A DNA stretch of 63,297 bases, counting the filler, from Reclinomonas americana ATCC 50394 (Eukaryota), in the NCBI GenBank assembly GCA_048213135.1. It is 9 parts of 7 records of this genome, joined end to end, with 100 filler letters (N's around TTAATTAATTAA, not from the genome) between each part and the next. Parts side by side here need not be neighbours in the genome. Positions count along the whole stretch, not along the records: positions 1 to 23,760 come from PS015916.1; positions 23,861 to 31,427 come from PS015917.1; positions 31,528 to 39,588 come from PS015918.1; 6 more parts are not named here. One strand, 5' to 3'. The position numbers and the translations under genes were made by a program. The notes below the pieces were generated by a model. That model saw nothing but the letters and a program-made list of their open reading frames with translations, did no database searches and was not told the DNA's origin. Below, piece by piece: positions 19,501-32,835 of this stretch. How positions within the stretch are numbered: the first letter of the stretch is position 1; every line of letters starts with the position of its first letter.

Positions 19501-22074
19501 TTGATCACTCGGACCATGAGCTGGCCGAGATCGAGGTTCCACACGCCGGCCGTCTTGTCCTTGTGAATGGTGGCAAACGCACACACATTCTCCATGATGG
19601 CACAGTCGACGGCCTGCTCGTGCATCTGCAGCGTGTGCATGATGGTGCCGTTGCGGAGGCTGCGAACTTCCACCGTGCGTTCGGCACACGCCACCAGCAG
19701 ACCCGGTCGCGACGCCACACAATCCAGTTCGTCGTAGATCAAGTTTGGCAGACATCTGCACGATGCGATCAACAACAGTTGAGTGCAAGGTAGGGGGGAG
19801 GTGAAGGAACATCAGTGAGGATTGATTACCTCCACGAGCAGAACTCGGTAATGGACGGATTACGAATGTCGACCATGCGGCAGGCTCCCGACAGAGACAC
19901 CACCACGCAGCAGGAGAGGAGGAGAGTGGGATCGACACGTGGTGTTCTCTTCACGTGGCCCAGCGCCACTGCCTCGTCCACACGAATCGGATCGCGGAAG
20001 GAGCGCAGATGTATGACTTCGTTTGTGGTCGAGGGGATCAGTTTTTGTACCGACCCGTTGATGTACGAAATGATCTGCACGCACATGTTGGTGAGCAAAG
20101 CACAAAACGCCTGTGCCCTTCCCTAGTGCGCACACACACACCTTCACGTCGCCTTCGATGGTGCCGACAATGATCAATCGATTGGCGGGATCCAGTGTGC
20201 ACGCGGTAATATCACAGTCCACGGCCTCGCTGATGGTGGACACTGGCTCCGCATTCGACGTCTTGTAGATGTGGATCTCGGAGCCAGTGGCCACCAACAG
20301 CGTGTCGAATGTGGGGTTGTGGACGACTGCGGAGACGGGCTTGGAGAGACGGGACGAGTCGGAGTCCTGTCGCTGCGGCCACGCGCAAAAGTTGCGACCA
20401 ATGGTGTAGATCTCCTGCCGCTGCGGGTCGTACGAGAAGGCGCGAATCGGACCCGTGTAGCTCTTGCTGCCCACCGCACCCAGCGTCTGAATGCAGCTAA
20501 ACATGCGACTGCGCAAGGATGGTGGGGAAGAAGAAAAGTCAGCATCAACAGTGGACAAGTCAAGACCAGGCTGTGGTTCTCCCGACGCACATGTCCCACA
20601 GCTTCATCACGCCGCCGCGGTCGACACTGAGAATCTCTGGCGAGTTTTCTAGTGCGTGCACTCCAACCAGCGGCTTCTCGTGGCCGGTGAGCGTCTGGAT
20701 CATGCGGTGAGAGAAGGGATTCCACACGCCGACCTCGCGCGAGTAGCCGGCCGTCATGAGGAACTGGAAGCGTGGCGAGTACGTGATGCTGGTGATGCCC
20801 TTGCGTGAGCCCTCCTTTTCGCCCTTGCATTTGCCGGTGTTGCAGTCCCACACTTTGATCAGGCGATCGAGAGAGCACGACACAATCATGTCAAGGTCGG
20901 GGATCTGCGTGCGAGTGTATGTGAGTGAGCAAGAGAAGTGGTGGCCTTCTCCCCACTCCACCCCGCACCTGAATGAGACCTGTGACCCAGTCACTGTGGC
21001 CACGCGATGTCCACTCCTCCGTCCATCGCCCACTCCGTGGAATGCCGCCCGGTCGTTGTGGATCCCACCACCGAATGGAGCCGTCCGTGCCGCCGCCCAG
21101 CAGCATGTTGGCGTCCTTGCACCACAGCAGCGTCGATTGCGGTGTGCGCGTCATGAATTCGCCCTGCGGCTTGAACATTTCCGAGTCCAGCATTTGCACA
21201 ATGCCGTCGGCGCCCGAGAGTGCAATCTGTGTGGATGGTTCAGTATTCTCTCCCTCGCCCTCTCCCCAACTCTCCTTCTCTCCACACCTCTTCAGAGGCC
21301 GGAAGGAACACGGCGTCGAGAATCGGAGCGTTGCGGTCGGCGAGCTTGCGGAGGATTTCGCCAGTGTCGGGCGAGCGAATGGTGGCGTAGTGATCGTTGG
21401 TGCACTGAATGATCTTGGAGCACTCGCGGATGAACTTCATCTTGCCGCAGTCGGCCTCGATGACGTTGCTGTACTCGCGCGGAGTGCTCTCGAACAGCTC
21501 CAGAAAGGAGCCTTCACCGCGCGTCAGGCTCTCCAGCACCGTCGACGAAAAGTCCTCCCAGTGAATCTGCGTGAGGAGAAGAGTGTGAGAGGGGACGATT
21601 CGCCACTCTCTCTCTCTCTCTCTGTGCGCGTGTATCTCACCTTGCCCCGCTGTGCCGTATCCAGCTGCACAAACAACTCCGACAGCTCAATCACTCGCGC
21701 CTCATCCATACGCACTCCATTCCGCTCGAGAATGTTGGAGGTCACCGACGCAAACTGACACGGACGGAATCAGCACGCGCACCCCTCCCCCTGTCATGTA
21801 CCACCGCGCACACACTCACCTCGCGAAAGGTCAGGCCTCCGAAGCCCAGCGAAAACTGCTTTTGCAACTCACGCAGCTGCGAGTGCTCCAGATCGGAGAT
21901 GAGCCGCGTGATCGCGAGCTCCTGCGTGTGTGAGTGTGTTTCACGGGTGAGATGGAACACAGACGAAGAGAGACAAGGCAGAGCAAGATAACTTTTCTCG
22001 ACATGGCCGTTATCCAACTGCGTTTCCGTACGAAATGACCAGTCGACCGAGCGGACCACTGGATTTTGTTTCAT
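16198..22074 (-). CDS. EF-hand + WD40-repeat protein (WDR49/WDR64/EFCAB8-like N-terminus) fused to a protein-kinase-like domain and a repetitive Ser/Arg tail; multi-exon
   Basis: EF-like ELFVQLDTAQRGK..WEDF. WD repeats GHSDWVTGLI, SCSLDRLIKVWD, GHEKPLVGV and SVDRGGVMKLWD. Kinase-fold VMLK, LVMEY, RGLRDLHALGWVCGDVSPAN, CPPE and FDMWGYGLLLYEMF at about 18130-19120. The stop is inferred after two short GTTGCG introns. Confidence 0.75.
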
Positions 22075-22310
22075 TCATCTCTCACATTGCTTGTCGCTGC
22101 GCGCGCGTCTGCACACACAGCACTCCGCCACCAGCAGCATTCTCTGTCAGCACAACTCTCACTCTCTCGCGTACACACACACACACATACACATTTGCAT
22201 AACTCGCGCGCATCAGTTCAGTTTGTGTGCATGTGACCCTGCTCAGTGTGTGTGTGTGTGTGTCAATGAGCACGCGCTCACTGTGTGCTCTGTGCGTGTG
22301 TGCGTGTGTA

Positions 22311-23760
22311 GTGTCGGACCTTTTGTTCAAGGCCAAGAACCTCATGACCAAGCTGTTGCGTGATTATCCGCGCAGGTCTTGTGCTGAGTGATGCAAACTC
22401 ACTTGCGTTTGTTCTGCGTGTGTGCCTTTCTTCGTGTGCGCGCGTGCAGCAAGAACAAGGTCATGAACGTGTCGCCAGTCGAGGCTCTCACTCTGGAAGG
22501 TCAGTGTGCAGGCTGGCGTCTGTGAGAAGACGTGAGATCTACTTTTGTGCGTGTGTCTGCACGTGTGTGCTCGTATTCAACTCCACACACTCTCTCTCTT
22601 GTGCACGCGCGTGTGTCTGTCTGGCGCGCTGTTGATGCTCACTGTGTTTGTGCGTGTGTGTGCGTGTGTGTTTGTGTGTGCGCAGCCACGAACAACGATA
22701 CGTGGGGAGCGTCGGGCACTCAGCAGCAGGAGATTGCCGAGGCCACCAACGATCGGTGAGTGTAAGTGTGTGAGGGAGAGAAGGCACGTGCGATGAGGTT
22801 GTGTGCGAGTGTGTGTGTGAGGGTGTGATGTCGCCATGTCGTTCGATAGCAAGTTTGTTTGTGCGTGTGTGTGTGTATGTGCGCATGTGTGTGTATGTGG
22901 CACTTGTGTGCGCGCGTGTGCGTTTGTGTTGCGCTGTCTGTGTGCGTGTGTGATGCATGTGGAGTTTCCCGCCTGTGTGCGTGCGTCACTGTTTTTTGTT
23001 TGTTGTGTGATGTCTCTCCTCCTCCGCGACGGTACACTTTGTGCTCTTGTGTGTCTGTGTGCGATTGTGTTTGTGTGCGTGTGTGTGTGTTTACGTGGGC
23101 GCGCGTGTGCACATGGCGCGTTTTGAGCGAATCTGAAGCACGCACTCCCGCGCGCCCTTCTCTCTCTCTCGTGGTTGTTGCGCTCACTCTCTGCTGTGTG
23201 TGTATTGCGCAGTGAGCAATTGCAGGCGGTCATGGCGATCATCTTCAAGGTTTGTGTGATGATGATGGTGCATCAATCATGCAGCGGTTCTGTGTCTCAT
23301 CGCATGCGTCTTCGCAGCGACTGGATGACTCTGGCAAGAAGTGGCGCCATGTTTACAAGGGTGAGCCTCTCTCTTTATCTCTCTCTCTCTCCCTCCCTCT
23401 CTTTCCCCTCTTTCTGATCGTCGCGCTTGCATCAGCCATGAGCCTGCTCGAGTACTTGATCAAGCACGGATCGGAGCGCTGCGTCGACTATGCTCGCGAT
23501 CAGGTGCGCGCGCGCGCGGCGAGTGGCTTCCTTCACCTCCTCCTCGTCGTCTCTCACTTCCGTCTCCCCACTCAGCTGTACAAGATCCGCACGCTGCACG
23601 ACTTCCAGTACATTGACGAGACCGGCAAGGACGAGGGCATCAATGGTTTGTTCACATCCGCTCCCCTCATTGTGACACGCCGTTCTCAACGTGGTGCGCA
23701 GTCCGCGAAAAGTCCAAGAAGCTGGTCAAGCTGCTGAACGACACCGACGCCATTCGTGAC
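22311..23760 (+). CDS. Epsin / ENTH-domain protein; 3' part lost in gap
   Basis: Spliced exons give KNKVMN..EATNNDTWGASGTQQQEIAEATND..RLDDSGKKWRHVYK..LLEYLIKHGSERCV..LHDFQYIDETGKDEGINVREKSKKLVKLL, a canonical ENTH domain. The start is uncertain. Confidence 0.92.
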
Positions 23761-23860
23761 NNNNNNNNNNNNNNNNNNNNNNNNNNNNNNNNNNNNNNNN
23801 NNNNTTAATTAATTAANNNNNNNNNNNNNNNNNNNNNNNNNNNNNNNNNNNNNNNNNNNN
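23761..23860. other. Assembly spacer N44-TTAATTAATTAA-N44 (also at 31428, 39589, 43318, 46989, 53403, 57568, 60470)
   Basis: Identical 100-nt blocks with stops in all six frames. The FBPase, PLAC8 and BPI genes read across three of them, so they behave as ordered gaps of unknown size. Confidence 0.95.
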
Positions 23861-26708
23861 CTCCTTCTCCTCCTCCTCCTCCACCACCACCACCACAACC
23901 GCTTGTGTGGATCCCTGTGACGCCCTCTGTTGAGGAGAGCCAGCTGGTCAAGTTGCGGTGGAGAGTCATGCATGCCTGCATGCAGTTGTCATGGACTGTG
24001 TCTGAGAGAAAAACGACTGCAGAACTGCACGCGCGCTTCTCGTGGAGTCCGTCAAGAGTGGTCGTCGTCTGGCGCCACTGGAGGTCGCCAATGTGGCCAA
24101 TGAGTTGTGGATTGAGGGCGATGGGCACTTGCAGCGCGGTCGTCTGCGAGTTGCGTCGTGCAATGAAATCAATCACCGAGTCGTGATGCGTCTGACGCTG
24201 TTTGGGCGTGCAGCCCGGGCGCGAGTGCTACCTGCTGGCGCAGGAGTTTGTGCCGATGCATGTGAATTCGCTCTTCCGACTCGGCATGATTGAGCAGGAG
24301 AATAAGCGCTACGACGAGGCGCTGCTCATCTACCGCAAGTGTCTGCCGTCGCTGGCCGAGTCGTTTCCCGAAATCCATCAACGGTGCGTTTCCCCGTTTC
24401 CTATTCCTTTACTTGCTCGAAGAGTTGCCCACCTTTTGTTGCCGTGCAGAATGGGTCGCTGCTTGCTGGCCAAGGGCGACGTCTCTGGCGCACTGGAATG
24501 CATTGCGCGTTTCTCCGAGGCCGGCAGCAAGGCCAAGGATCCGCAAATGATTCGCGACGGTGCACTCGACACGGCCGCGGCGTTTCTCGAGGGCGGTCGT
24601 GTCGGCGAGGCCTTTTCGGTGTACGCCGCCATTCTGCAGAGTGACGAGACGGTGGTGCCGGCGCTGCTCGGACACAGTCGGTGCATGGAGGCCACGGGCG
24701 ACATGGCTGAGGCGCTGAAGAGCTCACTGCGTGCGTTGCTTTCGCGACAGAGTTGCGAACGTGGCATGTCACAGAGAACGAGTTGTAGTCTCTGAAAGGT
24801 GCTGACGCCATGTGCGCGCCACGCAGACGATCGGGAAGTCCGCGCTCGATTTGCTCACCTTTCGCGGTACCGCGACGCGCTCGACTCAATCATCGAGGGC
24901 ATGGGCTCCGGCTCGGCGGGCAGCTGCCAGGCGCTCTCGTTTCTTGCCAATATCGCCAAGGACGGTGGCAGTTGCGTTGTTGCGATGCGAGATGTCGTGT
25001 TGCGTGCAATTCGTCACATCGTGGTGCGGCAGGGATCGACGAGTCCTTGTATTTGTACCAGCGCGCCCTGGATTCGAAACCCGACTCCTCCAGCTCGGCT
25101 CTGAGTCTCATTCACGTGTACGAGGTACGTATGACGCACATGGAATTTTTGTTCTATCACCCTCCTCACCAGCGCGGGCTGCAGATTCGCAACGAGTACC
25201 AGCAGGCTGTGGATGCGGCACTGTCGTTCTGTGAAAGAAATGCAGCGCTCACTGTCGGTTCCTTTTTCAACGCGCAGCGGATTGCCGAGGTTTTTTGTCT
25301 TGCACTGTCTCTTCCTGCAAGACCGCTTTGTCTCACGCATGGGCGTTGGCAGATCTTGCGCGACTGCGGAGCGCTGCCTGTAGACCCGCTGCGCGAGGCC
25401 ACCGAATTCGAGTGCACTCACTCGGCATCCTGGGATACTGGCATCAAGTGCTGCCGTGTGTTTGCGCACGACAGGGAGGGGAATGGTATGTACATGCATA
25501 AAAGCACACTGCATGTGTGGCTCGACGAGGCTCACTCTTTTTCACACATTGTGTCGTGCAGACCGTCGCGAGCTGACCGACTTTACTGGCTTGAGTGACT
25601 CGCCCGAGCCGGCGTTTTCGGAGGCCGAGTTGGACTTGCTCGGCATTTGCTTCACTCTCTGCAAGATTGCATACGTGAAGGGCAATCTGGAGCTTGCGGC
25701 CCGACTTGTGCCCATGATTGGTTGGTTGTGACTGATGTTTTCTTGTTGTTGAAGCATCTCGATCGCTGATTTCGGCTGTGTGTCGCAGAGCGCGCTCGAT
25801 GGGGTCGCGCACTTCACCTCACTCTCATGCGCAACGAGAACGCGTATTATTGCACACAAGCACAGTTGTTGGAGACGGCTTTCGCGGCTATCCGACAGCC
25901 GGCGGAGCGCGCCATCTACGTGTGTGGTGCGTGTGCATGCGTTTTCGAGCTCTGCCTCCTTGCGTGTGTACCGAGCTGACAGCGCGTTGCAGGCGACTCG
26001 CACTGCATGTCGGCGGCATGGCAGGTGATCACGGTTCATGGCACTCGGTACCGCCTGATACCAAAGCTGGTGACTGGCCTCAAGAACTGGCATTTGCGGC
26101 CCGACACCGAATTCTACCCCAAGAAGAACTTTTTCCATGTCGTCTCGTCGAGTTGCGTTGGCTTTTCGCTGCTTGTGTGCCATGTTCTTGTGTCTGACGG
26201 CTCCCTCCCTCCTTCCCCACGCGCAGTTCCGCGCGGCGCGGTGGTGATTTTCAATTTCGGCGAGATCGACTGCCGCGAGGGCATTCTGACGAGCATCGAC
26301 AAGTGCCGGTACGAAACTGCGGAGGAGGCCATTGCGGCCACCATGGCGCACTACATCCGCGCACTCGAAGAGGTGCAGCGCGAGCGCGACCTGCAAGTGT
26401 ACATCCACCCCGTGGTTCCGGTGCTGAACGAGACTCGGTGCGCCGCAAGGCAGCATTCGCCCCTTCTGTATACGCACTCACTCGCTCCGTGCAGGCACGT
26501 GGTGCGGCTATACAACACCATCTTGCGCGATGTAATCGGCGCCCACCCTCGATTCAAACTGCTGGACTTTTTCGACGCGCTCCTCGACGGCGCTCACGGA
26601 TTCAATCGCGAGTACGAACTCGACGGCACGCACATGAGCCCGCGGTACGTGTCCCTGATCGAACGAGCGCTCACATTGCTCTTCCTCCCCGACGGACCGT
26701 CAACATGA
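23861..26708 (+). CDS. TPR-repeat protein with C-terminal SGNH/GDSL-like hydrolase domain; 5' end in gap
   Basis: TPR helices SLFRLGMIEQENKRYDEALLIYRKCL and ESLYLYQRALDSKP. SGNH blocks YVCGDSH, FNFGEIDCREG and DGTHMSPRY. TGA ends at 26708. Confidence 0.75.
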
Positions 26709-26837
26709 ACGAATGCCAATAACACCCGTCACACACAAACACAAACAAAAGTAATTCTTTCGCTCCATTTTTTCACGTTCCAATTTTCTCCGCTCTCGTT
26801 ATCCTGCACAGTATTCCACTTTCCGGGTGGCGAAAGG

Positions 26838-29800
26838 CTACCGCCGCTGCCAGTCCTGCAAGACAAACAAAAGAGGAGTGAGTCAACAAAGGAACAGAAA
26901 TGGTGGCGCGAGGGGGATCCGTGCGCACCTTGCCACTGGACGACGGCGCCGACGACTCCCACCGGCGACCGTACCCGGGTTCCGTAGGCGGTGGAGTCGC
27001 AGGTGGCTGTGGCGACGATTCAGGCTGCTGTTGTTGCGAGGCTGGTGCCGCATCGCCTCCGGCCACAGGGGAAGACCCACGCCCACCGACATTGTAGGTC
27101 GGCGATGGTCGGCCACTTGCGGCATACGTCGGCGAGGAGCGATGATGGTAGTGCACCGGTGACCGTCTCGGTGAAACTGGTCGTCGCGGCGGCGATCGGT
27201 CACGATAGTATCGTGCACGGTCACCACCACCGCCGCCGCCACCGCCGTGATAGCCGCCATATCCACCACCACCACCACCCCCGCGTGAGTGTTGCGGCGG
27301 CGGTGGCGAATTACTGCGCCACGCAGCCGACGCCGGGGGCGCCGACGGGGGTGCAGAAAGCGGCGGCTGTGGAGGAGGCGGCGGTGGCGGTGAGTGCGAC
27401 CTCTCCGAAGCGCGCCAGTTACCGTGACGACGAGGCGGAGACGCATGCGACGACACTGGAGCAGCAGCGTCCACCATTGAGGACGCTCCTCCTCCTCCAT
27501 ACGAACCACCGTAAGCTGGCACTGCAGCGGCCGGACTACCACCCGCGAACCGCGGCGCTCGCCGAATCGTCGGCAATCCCAGCGAATCCTCTCCGCCAGG
27601 AGCCACAGACGACGATCCAGACACAGACGTCAACGGTGCATTTCCACGTGAGTAATCCGCGCTGCTCCCTCCACCGCCGTTCCCTCCCGACCAGCCAGAA
27701 TGCACCGGCGGTGCGTGGTGATGTGCGGGGTGCGGCGCCGCAGCACCTGGTGCAGCTGGCGGCGGGTACCGATGGTGTGCATCGCCACCCTCCCAACCAC
27801 CCCATTCTCTCCTGCTCTCGCCACCAGCCACCGGTCCAGGTGCATCGTGACGCCACGCTGGCGGCGGCCCACCCGGCGGTGGAGCAGCCGGACCCGATGG
27901 TGGGGGTCGATCGCGCGACCACGCATTGGCTGGACGATCCGACCTGTCGTATCGATCACGCCCCTGTCGAAAAGAAAAGGAGTGGGTGGTGAGACACGCA
28001 CTGCAGAAGCACCCCACAGAATGAAGAAACGAAACAAATGATCCGTGTGCGGGTGGCGGTGGACTGTGCGATCGAGGCGGACTGTAACTCATGCCGCCGC
28101 CGTGGTACGGTGGAGGTGGTGCGTCGGACTACAAAGGGAGAACACGCTGGGTCAGCAGGCGCACCATCCCTTGACAGAATCTTGGATCACGCACCCATCC
28201 AGCTGCAGAGGGCGGCATCGCCGGCTGCAACGGAGGCGTCAGCTGTGGTGGTGGCGGCGCATACGGTCGGCCTCCACGAGCCGCCGAAGGTGGTGGCCCT
28301 TGAGACGAGATGGAGCGCGGGTCGCCATACGGTGACGAGGCCATCCCAGATGCGGCTCCACTGCCACCACCAGACCATGACTGTTCACCCGGTGGCGCAG
28401 CGTACGGAGGACGAGCCGACATTGGTGGTGGAACTGGCCCTGCTGGCGGTGCGGCGGGCGCCGACGACGCGGTGAGTGACGAAGACGATGTGTGGCGGCG
28501 AATGTCGGGTAGCCGATGAATCTCCGGCAGCGGCGATTCTTCATAGGACCCTTGCGCAGGTTGTTGTTGTTGCTGCTGCTGCTGTTGCGAAGCAGCATGG
28601 TGCGACGGGATCAGTCGGAATGGTGCAGGTGGATGCGCAACCGGCGGCGGCGCCGATTGTGTTGGGGTGGAGATTGTCTGTTTTGTGCGTGTCAGCATGA
28701 GAGTGAGAAGGGAGGAATAGAGGTATCAGCACCAGACCTCGTTTGGCGTCGACGCGCTCTTGCCTGACTCTGTGTGGCCGCACCGCATGGTCAGCTGCTG
28801 ATAGAAGAATAGATGGCTGACAAAAGAACAACTCGCCTGCACCTCCCTCCAGCGACGTCCGCGGCAGATTGCTGCACGACGACGAAGACGACAAGATGAG
28901 ATGAGATGAGACACATCAACACACACGGTGAGACGGCAACAACCCACTCACCGCTTGATGACATAATCCGACACCGTGCCACTGCTGCCAGTCGGCGTGC
29001 CAGCCGTGCCCAACAGCACCACATCCAAAGCGGTACCGTAGCCTGTCAGCTTGGCGCCACTTTCTTGCACAATCATGCTCAAACTGCGATGCATCCAATC
29101 AGCTGCCGGCTCACTGTACTTTTCCGCCTCGTGCGTCTCACCTGCGACTCAAGCCATCCGCCGGATTCAGCCCCGACGCAGAAGTCTCGGTCTCCTCATT
29201 CGCCAAGTACTCCAACCCTTTTTCGCACACTGCCTCGCGTGCCTCAACTTCCGAGCTGTAGCTGTAGGGTAGCTGCATCGATCCACCACCACCCGTGTTG
29301 TTTAGGTCACACACCCTCGTCGTGCGAAGCGACGATAATGGCACAAACCTTGATCTGATAAAATGTCTTGTGCGGGAACGTGACGCTGGCTGTGTAGCCA
29401 CCAACCACCTGCATCGTTTGTATATGCGGCTGCTTCACATTCAATGCACGACAGCGTTCCAACAGCTGATGCTGCTTCGAGGCAGTGATGACTCCCTTGC
29501 TCGCGCTGCACACGAAGAGAGCGGGAGAGTGAGAAGGAGAGCGGGGGGAAGGGAGAGGGTGAGAGGGAAAGGAGGCAGGAAGAGGAAGAGAAAGGGAGAC
29601 GGAGAGGGGAAGGGAGAGAGAGGAAGAGGGAGGGAGGGAGGGAGAGAGAGAAGATGAGTGTGAGAGAGAGAATCATACCCAACGCACCCGAATGCGGCGG
29701 CTGGCGCAGCAGTCACGGGCGAGCCCGGCACATCACCCGTGACGCGCTTCTTGCGGAATTCCGAGAATGACATGGGAGTGGTGGCCCCGGAGGCGGCAGC

Positions 29801-30660
29801 GACAGCCGCAGAAGCGCCTGCAGTGGGTGTCGGCAGCGCGTCGCTCTGCTCGTCCTTCATTATAACATCCAGTGGCGGCAGTGGCGGCAAGCCAGAAACC
29901 TCGGGTTTCTGGGCCAGATACGAGCCCAACATGCGCTTCTTCGGCGCACAAGGCGAGCTCCTGGCGAACGGCACATGAGACATGAGCGCCACAAACAACG
30001 CAGAAAGAGCGCACACACACGATGGCGCGCAGCGCAACTCTTGGAAGCTCTGCAGCAGGTAGGCCTTCTTGCTGACAAAGCTGGGTGCTGCTGACGATGC
30101 TGCAGCAGACGCAGCGGCGGCGGCGGCAGCAGCCGCGGCAGCTGCGCCGGCACTGTCTCCACTTCCGGCCGATTGCACAGGAGTGGTGACAGCATGCGCT
30201 TGCGTGGCGACACCGTTGCCTTCAGCAGCAGCAGCAGCAGCGGAAGCGGCACCCGAATTACTGGACTTGCGATCCGATGCGGCCGTCTCCGACGACGCGC
30301 CGGTCTTGCCCTTCTTGCCACCTTTGCCCTTCTTGCCTGTCACCTTGGAGGCACTCGATTCAGCGGCTGCAGCAGGTGCTGGAGCGACAACAGCAGGCGG
30401 TAATGCAGCGGCAGTGGCGGCAGCGGCGGCGGCGGCGGCAGCCGCAGCAGCTTTCTTGCCCATTTTGCCCACGGAACGCGGCTTTGCATCCTCGTCCACC
30501 GCCACGTGTTTCATGTCCGCAATGCCCTTGCCTGCATAACATACACGCGCGCGTTGGTGATGTGCAAATGGATACGTACAGCATCAATCGCCAAACCCTT
30601 CTTGCCGCCAGCAGCCGCAGTGGTCGGAGGTGCTACTGTGGTGGTTGCTGACGGTGTCGG

Positions 30661-30697
<37 letters not shown>

Positions 30698-31297
30698 GCT
30701 GTCGTCGTGGTTGTAGAAGTCGATGATGAAGATGCCGGTGGTCGAGCGTCGGTTGGACCACCACGTCCAGCCATTGCGCCCCTGCCCACCGCGCTGCTGC
30801 CACCGCCACGTTTGGCAAGCGCACCACGCGCACCTCGTCCCCCACCGCGACCAGCAGCAGCAGCAGCAGAACTCTGCATTGCCGCGACGCAGCATGTCAG
30901 CACGTGACACACAAGCGAGACGAGGAAAAAGAGCAGGATCACGCACCGTATCCTCCTTGCTGCTCTTCTTGGGCTCCACCGTTGCCTCCTTGCTCTTGGC
31001 GCCGTCGCTCGCCGTCTTGGGCGCACTGCTGGCATCGCCCTTCTTACTCTTCTCAGGCACAACAGCTCCCTTGGTCTTCTTCGCAGCATCCTTTTTCGCC
31101 TGCTTCTTCTTCTGCTCCTTCTCCTCCTCCTCCTCTTCTTCATCCTCGTCATCATCCTCATCCTCGTCGTCCTCGTCGCCACTCGACGAGCTCTCCGTCA
31201 CGTACGTGAACCCTTTCGGCGTTGGCTTCTTGGTCTTTGGCGGAGTCACCTTCTTGCCACCACCACTGCTGCTGGTGCCCGACGCCGACAACTTGCG
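26838..31297 (-). CDS. Large low-complexity protein (acidic, Lys-, Ala- and Pro/Gly-rich, RS-like tail) with a probable double-stranded-RNA-binding domain; 5' end probably in gap
   Basis: A chain of GT-AG-linked exons. Exons at about 29190-29510 join to KQHQLLERCRALNVKQPHIQTMQVVGGYTASVTFPHKTFYQIK/LPYSYSSEVEAREAVCEKGLEYL, an alpha-beta-beta-beta-alpha dsRBD pattern. Last exon DWQRR-TAG. Confidence 0.65.
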
Positions 31298-31527
31298 CTA
31301 TTGTGCACACCAAAAAAGATGGATTCCATCACAAATCAATCAATCAGTGATTGATGATCACAATGCACACCACAATGAACACACAAAACACGCAGCAGAC
31401 ACACAGATGCACGAGCGCGCACTCCGCNNNNNNNNNNNNNNNNNNNNNNNNNNNNNNNNNNNNNNNNNNNNTTAATTAATTAANNNNNNNNNNNNNNNNN
31501 NNNNNNNNNNNNNNNNNNNNNNNNNNN

Positions 31528-32789
31528 GCCGTCATCGCTCCACGTGTAGACCACCTCTGCAACCACCACACTCGGACACACAACATGTCGACACACATGG
31601 CCTTGACGGATCCGCGGCGTGTGGGCCAGTCGGAAAAGTACTCACATTCGGCGCACGTGGCACTGGGTGCCAGAGCCACACAGTTCCTCAAGGATGTGTA
31701 TCGCGGAGAGAGGTGCGTATGTTGCGTCGTGAATGCCAGAAACCAATGTTTCTGAATGCGATCGGCTGTTTCTTTGGGTGTGTACTCGTGCGCAGGAAAG
31801 GCCACTCGTCGCCAACACCACTGCCGGTGGATGGCCGCGGAAATGTGCGAGTCTTGTCTCCCACAGTTGCGGGTGACTGAGTTGCCGACTTCGGACTCCA
31901 TCCCTCTCACACCCCCCCCGTCTGCAGAGGGAACACACACTGCGAGAGGAGGACATCTCAACCATGGCCAGCTCCATGCTCAGAGCAACACCAAGTTCCC
32001 CTTCACTGAGGCGAGTCGATGTGTCGAGCACGGGAACTCCCACTGGCAGTCTCTCGCCATCACCTGCAGGGTGCGTCGTAACATCCCCTCTCTCATGTCA
32101 CAGCAGCAACGCGCATGCTCACCAAAACAAAAAAAAACGCCACGCAGTCGCATGTTTGCACCATCGCCCTTGTTCGGCGGCAGCGCGTCGCCCACCGACT
32201 GGTCGACCATGAGTGGCACACCGGGAGGAGTGGTGGCGGCCGCCAACTCGCCCACCTACCGCCGCTCGTCGGACGCCGTGGGAGCCGGACACAGCCTGGC
32301 CGAGGTCTACAACAGCGACGTGGACGGTCGCTCCAAGTCGCCGTACGGTCGCCGGCGCCTGGTCGGTTTCGACTCGGTGTCGGCCGAGGCCGATCGCAAG
32401 AAGGCGCTCGAATTGCGTCAGCAGCACCAGAATTTCATGGCCATGATGCGCGACGTGCAGGCGCGCATTTCCGTGTCGCCCGTGAGGCGGCCAGTGGCGG
32501 ATAACAAGGTATGAATAGGGGAGGAAAGGAGGGAGAGGGAGGGGAGGGGAGGCGTCATCTCACGCAAGCGGTGCAGGGAACCGGACGAGGTCCAAGCACG
32601 CCACAGACTCCGGGGATGACGACGATTGCGGGGGCACACACAACACCCACCAGCATGTCTCGGCCGGGGAATCGGCCAGCGCCGATTCGAGTGGGGACTG
32701 GTGAGGGGAAAAGGGGAAAGGAGAAGGATGTGGGAGACAGATGGAGAAGGGAAGGGGGAAGAGTAGCAGATATTGGGGGAGGATAGAGG

Positions 32790-32835
<46 letters not shown>

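Noticed and set aside
23805..23816. Palindromic TTAATTAATTAA recurring eight times
   Set aside because: Always centred in N runs of fixed length, so it is an artificial gap spacer.
30723..31475. Long antisense ORFs over real exons and ORFs running through N gaps
   Set aside because: They are GC-rich codon shadows or artefacts of undefined bases.
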